A stretch of DNA of 64,000 nucleotides, taken from IMG/VR virus record IMGVR_UViG_3300042876_000902, positions 1 to 64,000 of that record; one strand, given 5' to 3'. Below are positions 47,042 through 57,871 of the stretch, piece by piece (position 1 is the stretch's first letter; each line of letters opens with the position of its first letter). A program made the translations under genes and the position numbers. The notes beneath the pieces are model-generated. The model made no database searches. It saw nothing but the letters and a program-made list of their open reading frames with translations, and was not told the origin of the DNA. Origin of the DNA: a virus.

Positions 47042-47494
47042 TCACGTGGTATGTTTCTTGAGCAGCGTCTTCCACTTCGTCTTCCACGCCAACACCTCGG
47101 CCCGGCCCGCCTCGACGTTCCGCGGGTCGTTCCACCACGTCGAGACGCCCGACGGGTGGGGGACGACGATCGCCGGTCGGCCGCGGACCTCGCACCGCTG
47201 GAAGTGCCGCGGATGCTCGACCCCGAAGGCCTCGGCGACCCGGAGGCCGACGAGGACCACGGGCGCCGTGGCGAGGTCGATGACCCTCGCTGCCCGCCGG
47301 GCCCGGTGGAGCGGGAAGAGGTCGCCCTTCCCGGCGGCCGGGCCCGGGTACTTGCTCAGCAGGTTGACGACGTGGCATTCGTCGAGCGACACGCTCAGCA
47401 GGTGCTCGAGCCGCTCACGGCTGTTCCTGGCCTCCAGCGGTCGGTCCGGGTCCGACGTCCGGCCCGGCGCCTGACCCACGATGTTGAGCATCAC
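47042..47494 (-). CDS. Uracil-DNA glycosylase superfamily-like protein
   Basis: IVGQAPG (motif A), NLL, VVLVG..VA.AF, VPHPSG..TWW (motif B). Confidence 0.7.
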   Translation of the reverse strand: MMLNIVGQAPGRTSDPDRPLEARNSRERLEHLLSVSLDECHVVNLLSKYPGPAAGKGDLFPLHRARRAARVIDLATAPVVLVGLRVAEAFGVEHPRHFQRCEVRGRPAIVVPHPSGVSTWWNDPRNVEAGRAEVLAWKTKWKTLLKKHTT

Positions 47495-48949
47495 TCACCT
47501 CCCGAGGAGAGTGCCGAAGATGACCAGGTCGACGGCCACGATGACCCCGACGACTACTCCGGCCCAGAAGCTACCCCAGTTCCACACAGTCCTAACCTCC
47601 CTTCCGTCGTTCATCGTTCAGCTTGTCGATGAGCCTCCGGACCCGGATGCCCTCCCGCTGCTGGTCCGGGTTGTCCGAGATGACGTCCTCGCCCGGCCGC
47701 CTCGGGTCGAAGACCTCCCCGCTGTTCCTGTACTTCGGGTCGCTGAGCTGCCAGTAGAGGTGGGAGTCGAGCGCCGCGAGGATGATCGACGCTTCGCTGA
47801 TCGTCAGGTCGACCTTCATGTTCACTCCTCCTCCCATCCGTCGAACCACGGGCCCCACTGATCGGTGCGATGGCGGTTCTCGCTGAGCTTGCAGGTACGC
47901 GAGCTGGTCTCGGGGTCTCGGCAGTGTTCTTGGGCCTCCGCCCGAGACAGCCCGCGCTTCACCACCTTGCGATGACTCGGGGCCTCCGGGTTCTGGAAGA
48001 ACCGGACGACGCGGTAGGTGGTCACCGGAGCCTCCTCCTGTTCAGGCAGAACTGGCACAGGCGCTTCCCGTCGCTCGCGGCCTCGACGGTCCACACCCCG
48101 CGCTGCTTGCACCCGTCCTCCTCGCAGTCGCCTGCCCGCTGCGACCCCGACTTGACATCGGCCGCCTTCTTGAACTCCGCATTGAAGTCGTCTTCCCAGT
48201 TCATGGCAACCTCAGCTTGGCTCCGGCGGGGAGCCCGCCGTTGAAGACCAGCAGCCCGTCCGCTGGCATGACGTGAACGAAGCAGTCGCCGGTGGGGAAC
48301 CCTCCGCCGACCCAGACACCGTCCCACTCCCACCGCTGCAGCGCGATGCGCGCTGCGGCGGCGTGGTTCTCGTCGGCCCCGAGGGCGTCGTCCCAACTGA
48401 CGATGACCCTCCGTGGTGGGTGGCCGTCGTGAGCATAGCCAGGATCGGTGACCGAGACTCTGGCACCGCTGCGGTTCGTCGGCGGCAGGTACTTCGTGAA
48501 GATGGCGCGCATCACGACCTCGCCTTCCGGACGCCGACCGCCGCGTTGGCGATCTCGAACGCCCGCTGTGCGATGTCCCTCGCGGTCTGAGCAGGGAACG
48601 CCGCCGACATGTGGGCGCAGCACCGGATCATGATGCTGTCCCTGATGCCCTCCTCTTCGCGCACCGCCTCGCGGCACTCGTAGCAGAACCTGTACTTCGT
48701 CGAGACCTCGCGTTTCTTGCACCGCTCGCAGGGATGAGTCTCCCCGCCTGCCTTCCTCTCGGACATGGCTTCACTCCTCTTGCGTTCGCGAGCCCACGCC
48801 CAAGGGTCGGGCTCACCGTAGTAGAAATCACCCATGACGCGCCGCCTCCGGCCGTCGTCGCTCGGGCTTCGGCGGCCCCTCGTTGCACATCCCAACGAGC
48901 AGCAGGACGGTCACGCAGAGCAGCACGTAGATCCCCACGGTCGGCTCTC

Positions 48950-49642
48950 TCATTCAAGCGGTCTCCTCACCTGGACATCCTTGCCGTCCTTGAGCCCGTC
49001 GCCCATCGCGGTCCAGTCGCGGGGCTTCGCCTTCCGCTCGGGCGCCTTCCGGCCCGCCGTCACCTCGAGCACATACTCCTCCACCCGCTTCTTCACCGTC
49101 GGCCGGACGAGCGGCTCCACCTTCCGTGTCACCTCGGAGGCCCACCCGACGCAGTAGGAGTCGCCCTTGACGGCGAGCCCCTTCCGGCTGATCAGCGGGT
49201 ACTCCTCCTTCACCTTGTCGAGGTACTGCTCGCGGGCCTTGCGCATCGCCCGCGAGAGGTTCGTCGCCGCGTACGTCGCCACCTTCACGTCGACCTCCGG
49301 GCCGACGATGATGTAGTGGGCGTAGTAGCGAGCCGCACCTACCTGGCTCAGCTTGTACTTGCCGCCGAGCCCGGCTTGGAACAGCAACTCGCACCCGAAG
49401 GCCTGCGCAATGCCGCCGAAGAGGATGGTCTCGTAGTCCTTCGACTTCGACGCCGAGGCCCACGAGCGGAGCGGATGCTCCTTGATCGGTCCGACCTCCG
49501 CGTCGGAGGTCGAGACTCCGTGCTCCTTCATCAGCGCTTGGGCACGCTCCATCGCCAGCGCCGCCTCGTGCGGGTTCGGGTTGTTCCCGGCGAGGGCGAG
49601 CAGCTTGGCGATGCGTTCGATGATCTTCGGGTCAGCGCTCAT
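48950..49642 (-). CDS. DUF2786-domain protein
   Basis: KIIERIAKLLALA...NPHEAALAMERAQALMKEHG. Confidence 0.85.
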   Translation of the reverse strand: MSADPKIIERIAKLLALAGNNPNPHEAALAMERAQALMKEHGVSTSDAEVGPIKEHPLRSWASASKSKDYETILFGGIAQAFGCELLFQAGLGGKYKLSQVGAARYYAHYIIVGPEVDVKVATYAATNLSRAMRKAREQYLDKVKEEYPLISRKGLAVKGDSYCVGWASEVTRKVEPLVRPTVKKRVEEYVLEVTAGRKAPERKAKPRDWTAMGDGLKDGKDVQVRRPLE

Positions 49643-50157
49643 CGGCAGCCTCCAGCAATGGCGCGTGCCACGTGATCGTGTGCTCCCCGTCCCACCCGAA
49701 GAGGGCACCGGGGCCGTTCCCCTCCTCGTCGCGCGAGGCGTAGATGATGGCGCCGGACGACAGCTCGACGGCCATCGACGGCTCATTCCATCCCTCGCGC
49801 TCCAGCTCCTCCTTCGTCATCTTGCGGATCCGGACGACGGCCGTCCCGATGATCAGGTCGCCGCCCGGCCCCGCCGCGTGGAGCTTCAGGCACTGCGGGC
49901 AGTTCACCTCCGGCGTCTGCGTGTCGCGGTCCCGCGGCTCGAGTGCCCACGAGTGGCCAGGTGGCCAGTCGCGCGGCATCTTCGAGTCGAACCGGCACAG
50001 CGGCAACCCTGCGTCCAGGTAGTGTATCACCCTCTTGGCTCTGTTGGACGTCATGCTCCGTCCTCCTGTGTGAGTTGATTCGTTCCCGGAACCGAAGGCC
50101 CGGGGCCGACCCGTTTGCTCCGTGCGGTGTCGGGCCAGCCCCGAGCCTCCCCCATCC

Positions 50158-50418
50158 CTACTCCGCTGCGTGAGCGTGCTGCTCGGCGAACCGCTTGCCG
50201 ATGACCCCGCGAAGGACCATCTGCCTGCGGTACCACTGCGGCCAGTGCCGCTTCGACTCGTCCAGCAACCCGCGCTTCTTCATCGCGAGGAAGATCTCCT
50301 CGTTCGTCTTGCCCTTCCCGATGAGTGTGCGGATCATGAACGCTGCGCTCTCGGCACGAGACGACGTGGACGACGACTTCGACTGCCGCTTCGCCTGCTT
50401 CTTGACGGTTGTTGCCAT
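50158..50418 (-). CDS. Small basic WYR-motif protein
   Basis: IRTLIGKGKTNEEIF...WPQWYRRQM; AGGAG RBS. Confidence 0.65.
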   Translation of the reverse strand: MATTVKKQAKRQSKSSSTSSRAESAAFMIRTLIGKGKTNEEIFLAMKKRGLLDESKRHWPQWYRRQMVLRGVIGKRFAEQHAHAAE

Positions 50419-50556
50419 GACTGCTCTCCTGTTGCGGATGGGTGCTGCTCTGTGAGACGCTCGAGCACCGCTGCTCGACTGCCGCGGGACCGTTCCCGCT
50501 GACCTTCGGCGTCTCATCGAGGGGAGGACCCCGGAGGGTCCTCCCGGCCCGGTCCG

Positions 50557-50967
50557 CTACGGTGCCTTCACCTTGGCCTCGGGGAACCCCTTGCGCAGCA
50601 TGTCGGCGCGGTACCACTGCGGCCAGCTGTCCAGGATCCCGGCCTTCGGGAACTGCTTGCGTGCCGCCTTGAGGATGTCCTCGTTGGACTTCCTGGCGAT
50701 GATGAGCGAGCGCATCAGGTGGGAGATCGACCCCTCCCGCCCGAGGCTCGGGCCCTTCGCCTTCTCGGGCTTCGCGGCGGGCTTCGCCTTGGCCAGCTTC
50801 TCCGCCTTGGTACCGCCCGCCGACTTCCCGGGCGGAAGCGTCGGCATCTGCTTCCGCATCGACTCCTTCGCCACCTCGACGTTCTTGGGCAGCTTCTTGA
50901 ACCCCTTCGCAGCCTTCGTGGCCTTCACGGTCTTCGTGGTCTCGGGCTTCTCGACGTTGCTCTCCAT
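50557..50967 (-). CDS. Lys/Ala-rich WYR-motif protein
   Basis: MRSLIIARKSNEDIL...WPQWYRADM; start uncertain (may be GTG 51105). Confidence 0.65.
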   Translation of the reverse strand: MESNVEKPETTKTVKATKAAKGFKKLPKNVEVAKESMRKQMPTLPPGKSAGGTKAEKLAKAKPAAKPEKAKGPSLGREGSISHLMRSLIIARKSNEDILKAARKQFPKAGILDSWPQWYRADMLRKGFPEAKVKAP

Positions 50968-51499
50968 CGCTCCTCTGCCTTCCCGGCCGCGCTCGGCGGC
51001 CTGTCTGATGATGCGGTCCAACTTCCTCTTCAGCTGCCTCAGCACCTTCTCGCGTCTCCCCCACGCCGGGCCGCTGACTTTCCCGACGCCGAGGTCCGGA
51101 CTCACGTCTCGTCCTCCTCCGTGACCTTCAGCTCGTCGAACTTCATCAGCAGCCGGTTCGCCTCCCGCTCCCGCTCGACGGCCGCGAGGACGGCCGAGTG
51201 AGCGTCCTCCATCACCTGCTTCAGGTGATGGATCGCCTGCTGCTTCATGTCCTTCAGGAACAGCTCCTTCAGCTCCTTCCGATTCTTGCACGAGATCCCG
51301 CCGACGCACTCAAACCCCTCGAACGGCCCGCAGGTTGCGGTGACCTTCGCCCAGCACCAAGCGAAGGGGTCACCGCGGTTCACCCGCTCGATGATCTCCT
51401 GCTCCATGTCGGCGTCGGCCGCGTCGTCGCCCGACGCGAAGGCCCCCTTCACCGGCATGTCCTCCTGCCCGACCCGGTACTTCACCACGATGGCTTCGC

Positions 51500-51766
51500 T
51501 CACGGTCCCCTCCCCACCACCGAGATGACGTCGGGCGGGACGACGGCCTGAAGCGTCCGGCCGCTGTCCCACTTGATGCCAACCTGGGTGTAGTGCTGCC
51601 GGCCGAGGTGAACCGACGACGCGTCGATGACGGTCCCGAGCGACCCGGCCGGGATGGGGTCGGGATCGTCCTTCATCGACACCAGCTTGACCCGGTCCCC
51701 GGGCCGGTAGGGCGGGCAGTCCTCAGAATACCCGTGCCAGTTGTTGCACTTCGCACACTTCGCCAT
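51500..51766 (-). CDS. DUF4314-like protein
   Basis: GDRVKLVSMKDDPDPIPAGSLGTV...IKWDSGRTL. Confidence 0.75.
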   Translation of the reverse strand: MAKCAKCNNWHGYSEDCPPYRPGDRVKLVSMKDDPDPIPAGSLGTVIDASSVHLGRQHYTQVGIKWDSGRTLQAVVPPDVISVVGRGP

Positions 51767-51780
51767 GGCCCATCCTCCCT

Positions 51781-52300
51781 TCACAGCGTGTCCCTCAGGT
51801 GGTCATGCACTCGGTCGGGCGGGCTCCCGCGACGGGCGGCGAAGATCGACTCTCCCCGCTCCCGGCACAGCTCGACCCGCTCCCGCTTCGACATCTGAGC
51901 CCAGCACCTCTCGACCTCCTCGCACTCGCGCCGCGAGAAGTCGTCCTCGTCGAGCACGGGGTAGGCGTCCAGCTCCGCCCCGATGTCACACCAGGTGCGG
52001 AACGCCCTAGTCACCTTCCCGTCCGGTCGGTAGACGAGGATCGCGAACCCGGCGACCCACCCGACGGCCCAGTGGGTGTGGTCCTGCTCTGTCGCCCACC
52101 CCCCGCCGGACGTACGGTGCCATCCGCTTCGCGATGGCCGCCGCGTTCGACTGCTCCAGCACGTCGGAGTCCCGGTTGTGGGTGTAGACGATCGTCCACT
52201 GGTCGGAGTCGGGTGGCCGTGCGAACCAGGCGAAGCACTCGAAGCGCCGATGGTTCCCCGCCGCCTTCGCGGCGAGGGCGGCGCAGTCTGATGCCCTCAC
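51781..52300 (-). pseudogene. Hypothetical gene split by a 1-nt frameshift in a G6 run
   Basis: Removing one G at 52099-52104 joins ...NRDSDVLEQSN...YVRRG to WATEQDHTHWAVGWV...YPVLDEDDFSRRE without a stop. Confidence 0.65.
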
Positions 52301-53358
52301 GTCTCGTCCCTCCTCCAGATGCAGTCCTTCGGCGACTTGTCCGGCCGCGGGCGGTTCCACCTCGGGTGGCGGAACCGGCCCGTGGGCTCCCGGCCGTTGT
52401 GCTCGACCTCGATGACGGTGCCGATGAACCGCTCCGGGTGCAGCGACATCTCCTTGCGGAGGGCGTCGGAGAACCCCGAGACGCCCCGCTTCGGGTTCGA
52501 GACTGGCACGAGCTTGCCGTTCCGGTACTGCCCGATGGCGAGCCCGCCGATCCACCCCAGCTTGGCGTACTTGGTCATCGTCTCCTGGTCATCACCCTTC
52601 TTCACGCTCATCTCGCGGGCCGGGACCGTCCCGGTGACAACGACGTCGGCCGTCCACACCTCCTTGAGCTTCACCCAGCGGGAGGCCTTCCCGTCGTACG
52701 GGGAGTCGAGCGGCTTCAGCACGATGCCCTCCTCGCCCTCGGCCACGACCCGCTCATGGAACACCCGCTTCTTGGCCACCTCGCCCTTCGACATCGAGAC
52801 GAACGGGTTGCCCCAAGCGTTGAGGACTTCGCCAGCCGCCCCGCGCCGGTGGATGAGCGTCGCGTCCCGGATGTCCCTCCCCTTGTGCCAGAGGCAGTCG
52901 AACACCACGAGCCGGAGCGGGCCGCGCTCCAGCTGCTTCATCACCGCGAGCTTCGGATCGGACGTGATGATGGACCCGACTGCCTTCGAGACGGCCCCGC
53001 CCTCCGCCCGGATCGCCGCGATGGCCTTCCGACTCGGGATGACCTCGCAGTCGATGACGGTGCCATCGAGGGAGCGAGCCCGCTTGACCCGGGCCGGGAC
53101 GGGCTCCATCTGCCGCGAGCCCTCCCACCACTCGGCCCCCATCGAGAGGTGTGGGACCTGGTTGGTGCGCTCCTGGAACAGCCCGGTGACCTCGGAGATG
53201 CGGCGCGTCGTGAACCGGACCAGGTCACCGCAGAACTGCCCGATGAGCCGGAACCCATCGTACTTCACCTCGGCGATGTAGTTCGGGTCGTCGAGCAGCT
53301 CGTCGCGGAACTTGCCGTGGGCCGACATCGGCTCCACCTGGATGAACTTCCAGCTCAT
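52297..53358 (-). CDS. ATP-dependent DNA ligase
   Basis: EVKYDGFR (adenylation Lys), IDCE, VFDCL, EGIVLK, WVKLK, FRHPRW..RPDK. Confidence 0.93.
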   Translation of the reverse strand: MSWKFIQVEPMSAHGKFRDELLDDPNYIAEVKYDGFRLIGQFCGDLVRFTTRRISEVTGLFQERTNQVPHLSMGAEWWEGSRQMEPVPARVKRARSLDGTVIDCEVIPSRKAIAAIRAEGGAVSKAVGSIITSDPKLAVMKQLERGPLRLVVFDCLWHKGRDIRDATLIHRRGAAGEVLNAWGNPFVSMSKGEVAKKRVFHERVVAEGEEGIVLKPLDSPYDGKASRWVKLKEVWTADVVVTGTVPAREMSVKKGDDQETMTKYAKLGWIGGLAIGQYRNGKLVPVSNPKRGVSGFSDALRKEMSLHPERFIGTVIEVEHNGREPTGRFRHPRWNRPRPDKSPKDCIWRRDET

Positions 53359-54987
53359 CGCAGCACCCCTTCCTTGATGGCCTCGAGGACCACCATGATC
53401 TCGAAGATGATGAGGACGAACGCGAAGTACATTCCGGCGGCCTTCATTCCTCCCTCCCTTCCATCGCGCTCAGGATGATGTTCGCCTCGTCGACGAGCGC
53501 GGCCTCGTCGTCGACGAAGTGGCTGCCCTTCGCCTCCGCAGCGTAGGAGACGCTGTAGCAGTCGGCGCCATCCTTGGTCATCGGCTTCGAGACCAGCTCC
53601 TTCCACCCGAGGGTCGTCAGCATCTCGACCCGGAGGTGGGACTGCGCGTCGTACGCGTCGCGCAGGATGTCGACCCGGACCACCCACGGCCCGACCTTCC
53701 ACACCGACTGGTAGTGCCAGGCTTGGCTGCTCTTCCACAACCTGACGTCCACGAGCCTCTTCGTCTTCATCGTCGTCCTCCCTTCAGTGCAAGACTTCGC
53801 ATTCACCGTTGTCGACGTACTCCCTCGGGTCGGGGACCGCCTTCCCACCCGCGAGGGCGGAGAGGGCGTCGAGAGACCAGAGGCACAGCGCGTCGTACCT
53901 TCCGATGAGGCAAGGCGGGCAGACCGTCGTCCCGTCGTTCCACTCCTTCAGGTCATCCAACGAGAGTGGCGGGTGAGCGATCCTGCTCATCTCATGCCTC
54001 CTTCCCGACCTCGGTCGAGGTCGGCGTTGGCAGCCGGAGCCGCTTCGCGCCGAGCGCCTTGAGCATGAACCGAACGTTCCGGTACGTGTGCTCGAACAGC
54101 CCGTTCTCCCACAGCGGCTCGCCGTCGTCCGCGAGTGGGACGATGACGACCATGAACGGGTCGGTGAGCTTCTCCGATGCGGAGAGGTTCCCGTCCGTCG
54201 ACCACGCCTCGACCCGCCGCCCGTCGAGCATGCCGCGGAGCACCCAGGCCGTGCAGCCGCCGCCGGTGTGGTAGAACTCGAACCCGAGCGGCTTCACGAG
54301 GTCCGCCACCTCCTTGGCGCTCTTCTCCTGCTCCTCCATCCACCGCTGGAACCTGCCCGGCGGCTCCTCGACACCCATCTCGCGGACGGCGGGCGCCGCG
54401 TCGACGCCCGCCTCGAAGTGGGCGTGCTCGGCGTGCTCGAGCCCGAGCGTCGCCTGCTCATCCTTCGTGAACTGCCGGCCGGGGAAGAACCCGCCCGGGT
54501 TCCCCTCGCCGCGGAGCCGCCCGTCCGGGCCGACGCTCGTGTCGGCGAGCACCTTACCGCACCCGACGCACTCGTACCGGTATCCGATGAACATGGCTAG
54601 ACCTCCACCTCGACCTGGTCGCAGTCGTTCGGACACCGGAACTGCAGCTTGTCGTCCTCGAGCCCAGTGAACTCCATCAGCACGTAGGCCCCGAACTTCC
54701 CGCAGTTGGGGCACGGCACCCGCAGCTTCCTGTCGTGGGCCTCGGGGCGGCCGTCGCCCGCGCCCTCCGGCTCGCCGAGCGACCGGGCGACGTTGTCCCG
54801 CCACTCGATGAGCATGTGGAGCTGGTCGCTGAACTCAACGAACCCGTCCGGAGACTGCTCGTCGAGCACGCTGAACGCCCCGAGCACCTCGAACATGTCG
54901 TTCACCTCGACTGCGGCGTTGACGAAGGCCCGCAGCTTCGCGAGCGCCTTCAGCTCTTCCTTGGTGGCAGCCATGACATCCCCCTTC

Positions 54988-55413
54988 CTACGTGTGAACT
55001 GACCAATCCCCTGCGGTCTGGTGGTAGATGATCCCACCGTTCATCAAGAACTGCCCGCGGCGGTCCCTCGCCGCGACCCGCCGCGGGTAGACCTCGAAGT
55101 ACAGCGAGTGCTGGGCGAAGTCCCTCGAGAGCACCGTGACCGCTGGCTCGCCGAAGAACGTGGGGAAGCACGCCCGGTCGAGCGTCGTCACAAGCTGCTC
55201 CAGCTTCCCCTCCCGCTGCGCGAACTCGAAGATGATCGCGATGAGCATCTTCGTCTCCGGCGGCGCCTCCACGTCGTCCTTGTGGCTCTCGAACCACTCG
55301 TCCGCGGTCGTCGGCATCGCGACCTTCCCCTCACCGTCGCAGGCCGGACACCTGGGCAGCTCGGTCGTGTACCCGTCACCGCCGCAGTTCCGGCAATCCC
55401 TCTTCGTCGTCAT
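54988..55413 (-). CDS. Protein with DnaJ-type CxxCxGxG zinc finger and DUF4120-like C-terminus
   Basis: CRNCGGDG...CPACDGEG; DFAQHSLYF...NGGIIYH...WSVHT. Confidence 0.6.
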   Translation of the reverse strand: MTTKRDCRNCGGDGYTTELPRCPACDGEGKVAMPTTADEWFESHKDDVEAPPETKMLIAIIFEFAQREGKLEQLVTTLDRACFPTFFGEPAVTVLSRDFAQHSLYFEVYPRRVAARDRRGQFLMNGGIIYHQTAGDWSVHT

Positions 55414-55439
55414 CGTCGTCTCCCCTCTCGGTTGTGCTG

Positions 55440-55712
55440 CTACTCCGCCTCATCGACCACGGCGGCGCCCTTGCGGATCTTCCGGTCGAGCTTGCGGCGG
55501 CGGCGCTCCACGAGCCCGAGCTGGTACGCAGCCTCCACCTGCTCCGGGGTGAGGGTCTTCTTCCCGAAGGCCGCCGCGAGCGCCGCGCCCTTCTCCGCCG
55601 ACAGCACCTTGAGCTGCTCCGGGGTCTCCCCGAGCCCGCTCACGAAGCCCGCGGTCTCCACCTTGCCGTTCGCCTTGCCGTTCACCTTCGTCGTCTTCGT
55701 CGTCTTGGCCAT
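55440..55712 (-). CDS. Small basic hypothetical protein
   Basis: AAGGAG RBS, MAKTTKTTK start, downstream of a structured leader. Confidence 0.65.
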   Translation of the reverse strand: MAKTTKTTKVNGKANGKVETAGFVSGLGETPEQLKVLSAEKGAALAAAFGKKTLTPEQVEAAYQLGLVERRRRKLDRKIRKGAAVVDEAE

Positions 55713-56307
55713 CTCGTTCTCCTTGCTGGTTGAGTGCTGCCTGGGGCGATGCGCCCCGTCGACCGGTGGTGCAAGCCGCGCCCGAGCTTTCGCTCGGGCC
55801 CCACGCATGTTGGCACCCTCCTCTCAGCGGGCACCACCGGTCGACGGAGCGGGCGAGCCCGTCGAGGCTCGCCGCGCCGTCCCTAGTCCTCCATCCTGAG
55901 CACTCGGACCCTGGCACCTTTGTCGACCGTCACCTGCCACGCCTCCGTGGGCTTCGACCCGAACACCACCATCTTGTTCGGAGGGAAGTGGCTGATGAGC
56001 GTGACTTCACCGCCGCCCACGGCCAGGTCGTTCACCTCCAGCCACCCGACCGACGTCAGCACGTGGTCTCCGATGCGGACGAGGTTCACCGAGGCGTGTT
56101 GGATGAACGACAGCCCGGCGACGCTGTAGTTCTCGCACTCGGCGAGCAGCTCGTCCTCCGTGAGGTTCTCGACGCCGCGGTACGTCCGGCCGCTCCGGAT
56201 GATCTCTTCGAGCACACCCTCCTCGTTCGCCTCGTCCTTCATCGCGTCGATGAGCAAGTCCTCGAGCACCTTCCTCACCTTCTTGTTGATCGCCATCGTC
56301 GTCGTCC

Positions 56308-56538
56308 TCAGCTTGCCTTGAACAGCGTCCACTCACCGTCGGTGCACCGCCAGTACCACGTCTCCAAGCTGTAGCCTCCGCGACCGCCGATGCGAACGAG
56401 GTCACCCTCATTCGTGGTCGTGCACTCGACCGTCGGCATCGACCCGACCGGCTCCGGCTTCGGCGCCGACGTCGACGCGGCGGGCGTCGACCCGCCGCAC
56501 GCGCTCAGTAGCACCGCGAACATCGTCATCCTGACCAT
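56308..56538 (-). CDS. Small lipoprotein
   Basis: MVRMTMFAVLLSA-C lipobox, then GGSTPAASTSAP linker. Confidence 0.7.
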   Translation of the reverse strand: MVRMTMFAVLLSACGGSTPAASTSAPKPEPVGSMPTVECTTTNEGDLVRIGGRGGYSLETWYWRCTDGEWTLFKAS

Positions 56539-57448
56539 GCTACCTCCCCTCCTTGCGAGACCGCTTCGCGGCCGTGAGCTTCACCCCGGCGCCGTCCTCG
56601 CACCGGAAGATCTTGCGCCGGTCGTCCTTCTCGTTGAGGTCCCAGAGCGTGTACTTGTAGAAGTACCGGCGCTTCGCCCGCGGGTCGTTCGGTGCCGCAT
56701 CCCAGACCTTCAGCTGGAAATCGACGACCTCGCAGAGGTGCCCGTCATGGCGGCGGAGCCGCTTCGTCATCAGGTCGCCGGTCACCTTCACCCGGACGAC
56801 CGTCCCCATCGAGTGGGTCTCCTTCTGCGGCCCGCGCCTCCGCGCCTCCTTCACCGCCCTCGGCTGCTTCATCCGACACCTCCAGTCAACCTCTTGCCGC
56901 CGCCGATAGGCGGCGAGCGAGACCACCGGGCACGGCGTCTCGTAGTGGATGAACTTCGTGAACGTCGGCTCCGCCTTCGGCATCTCGATGATCTGGGCCG
57001 TCATGCTCAGACCCTCCTCTGTCGGGTTCACCTGCAGCTCTCCTTCGTCCGCTCCGAGTGGATGGCTGCGCCGCCAGGTCCACACCGACACCCGGGGAGC
57101 GGCTTCCACTCGGCCACCCGAGCGTCGCGGGCGGCGGCCTCGATGTCCTCGGGCAGCGCGTTGTGCGGAAGGGCCTCGCTCTTCGACCCGAGGAACATCT
57201 CGGGGTCCCCGAGCGTCGCGCGCATCCTCGTCACCGGGTCGGCGACCTTGCACTTACCGCGGTGCCCGTCCTCGAGCACGCAGAGGATCGAGCACCGGTC
57301 CCCCTTCGCGAGCCGGGCCGAGGCGCGGTCGGCGTTCGTCAGCTTGGCCACCTTCCGGGCCTTCGCCTCCCGGGTCGGCTTCACGGACGCGAGCCCGCAG
57401 TCACACCGGCCACCGATCTTCGACAGGCACCAAGCGTGGTGCCGGAGC

Positions 57449-57871
57449 TTAGCAGCCATAGCGCCGCTCCGACTCGCAGCGGGAGGCGAACTCCGCATCG
57501 GCACGCGCCGCGCGGTCGATCCGCTTGAGCAGCCTGGCCCGGCTCTTCCCGGCGACGCTCCGCCCGAGGCGGCGCCGCGGGCGGTCCTTCATCTCCTCCC
57601 GGTCGAGCACGGCGACGACCCGGTCGCCCTCGCACTCCGGGCACCGGACGTCGTACATCCCGCCGCGCTTGAAGTAGTGCTCGCGCTCCTCCGAGCCCGG
57701 CTCGAAGGCCTCGTCGAACTCCTCAGCGCTGTAGGCGTGCTCGCCGATGCTCGGGTTGAGGATCGTCCCCTCTCCCTCGCAGCGGTGGCAGACCTCGCGC
57801 TTCGCGGGGAGCTTCAGCGTCCGGAGGACTCCGGCATCGTTCTCGATGTTGACGGCGACTTGGATGGTCAT
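57449..57871 (-). CDS. Zinc-finger (CxxCxGxG) protein
   Basis: VCHRCEGEG...YDVRCPECEG; AAGGAGG RBS. Confidence 0.65.
   Translation of the reverse strand: MTIQVAVNIENDAGVLRTLKLPAKREVCHRCEGEGTILNPSIGEHAYSAEEFDEAFEPGSEEREHYFKRGGMYDVRCPECEGDRVVAVLDREEMKDRPRRRLGRSVAGKSRARLLKRIDRAARADAEFASRCESERRYGC

Noticed and set aside
55756-55847. TPP riboswitch or hammerhead/HDV ribozyme (GGTGC..CTGAGA and GAAA present)
   Set aside because: The rest of the TPP consensus is missing, the hammerhead core CUGANGA is not intact, GAAA is a hairpin loop, and no HDV nested pseudoknot could be built by eye.
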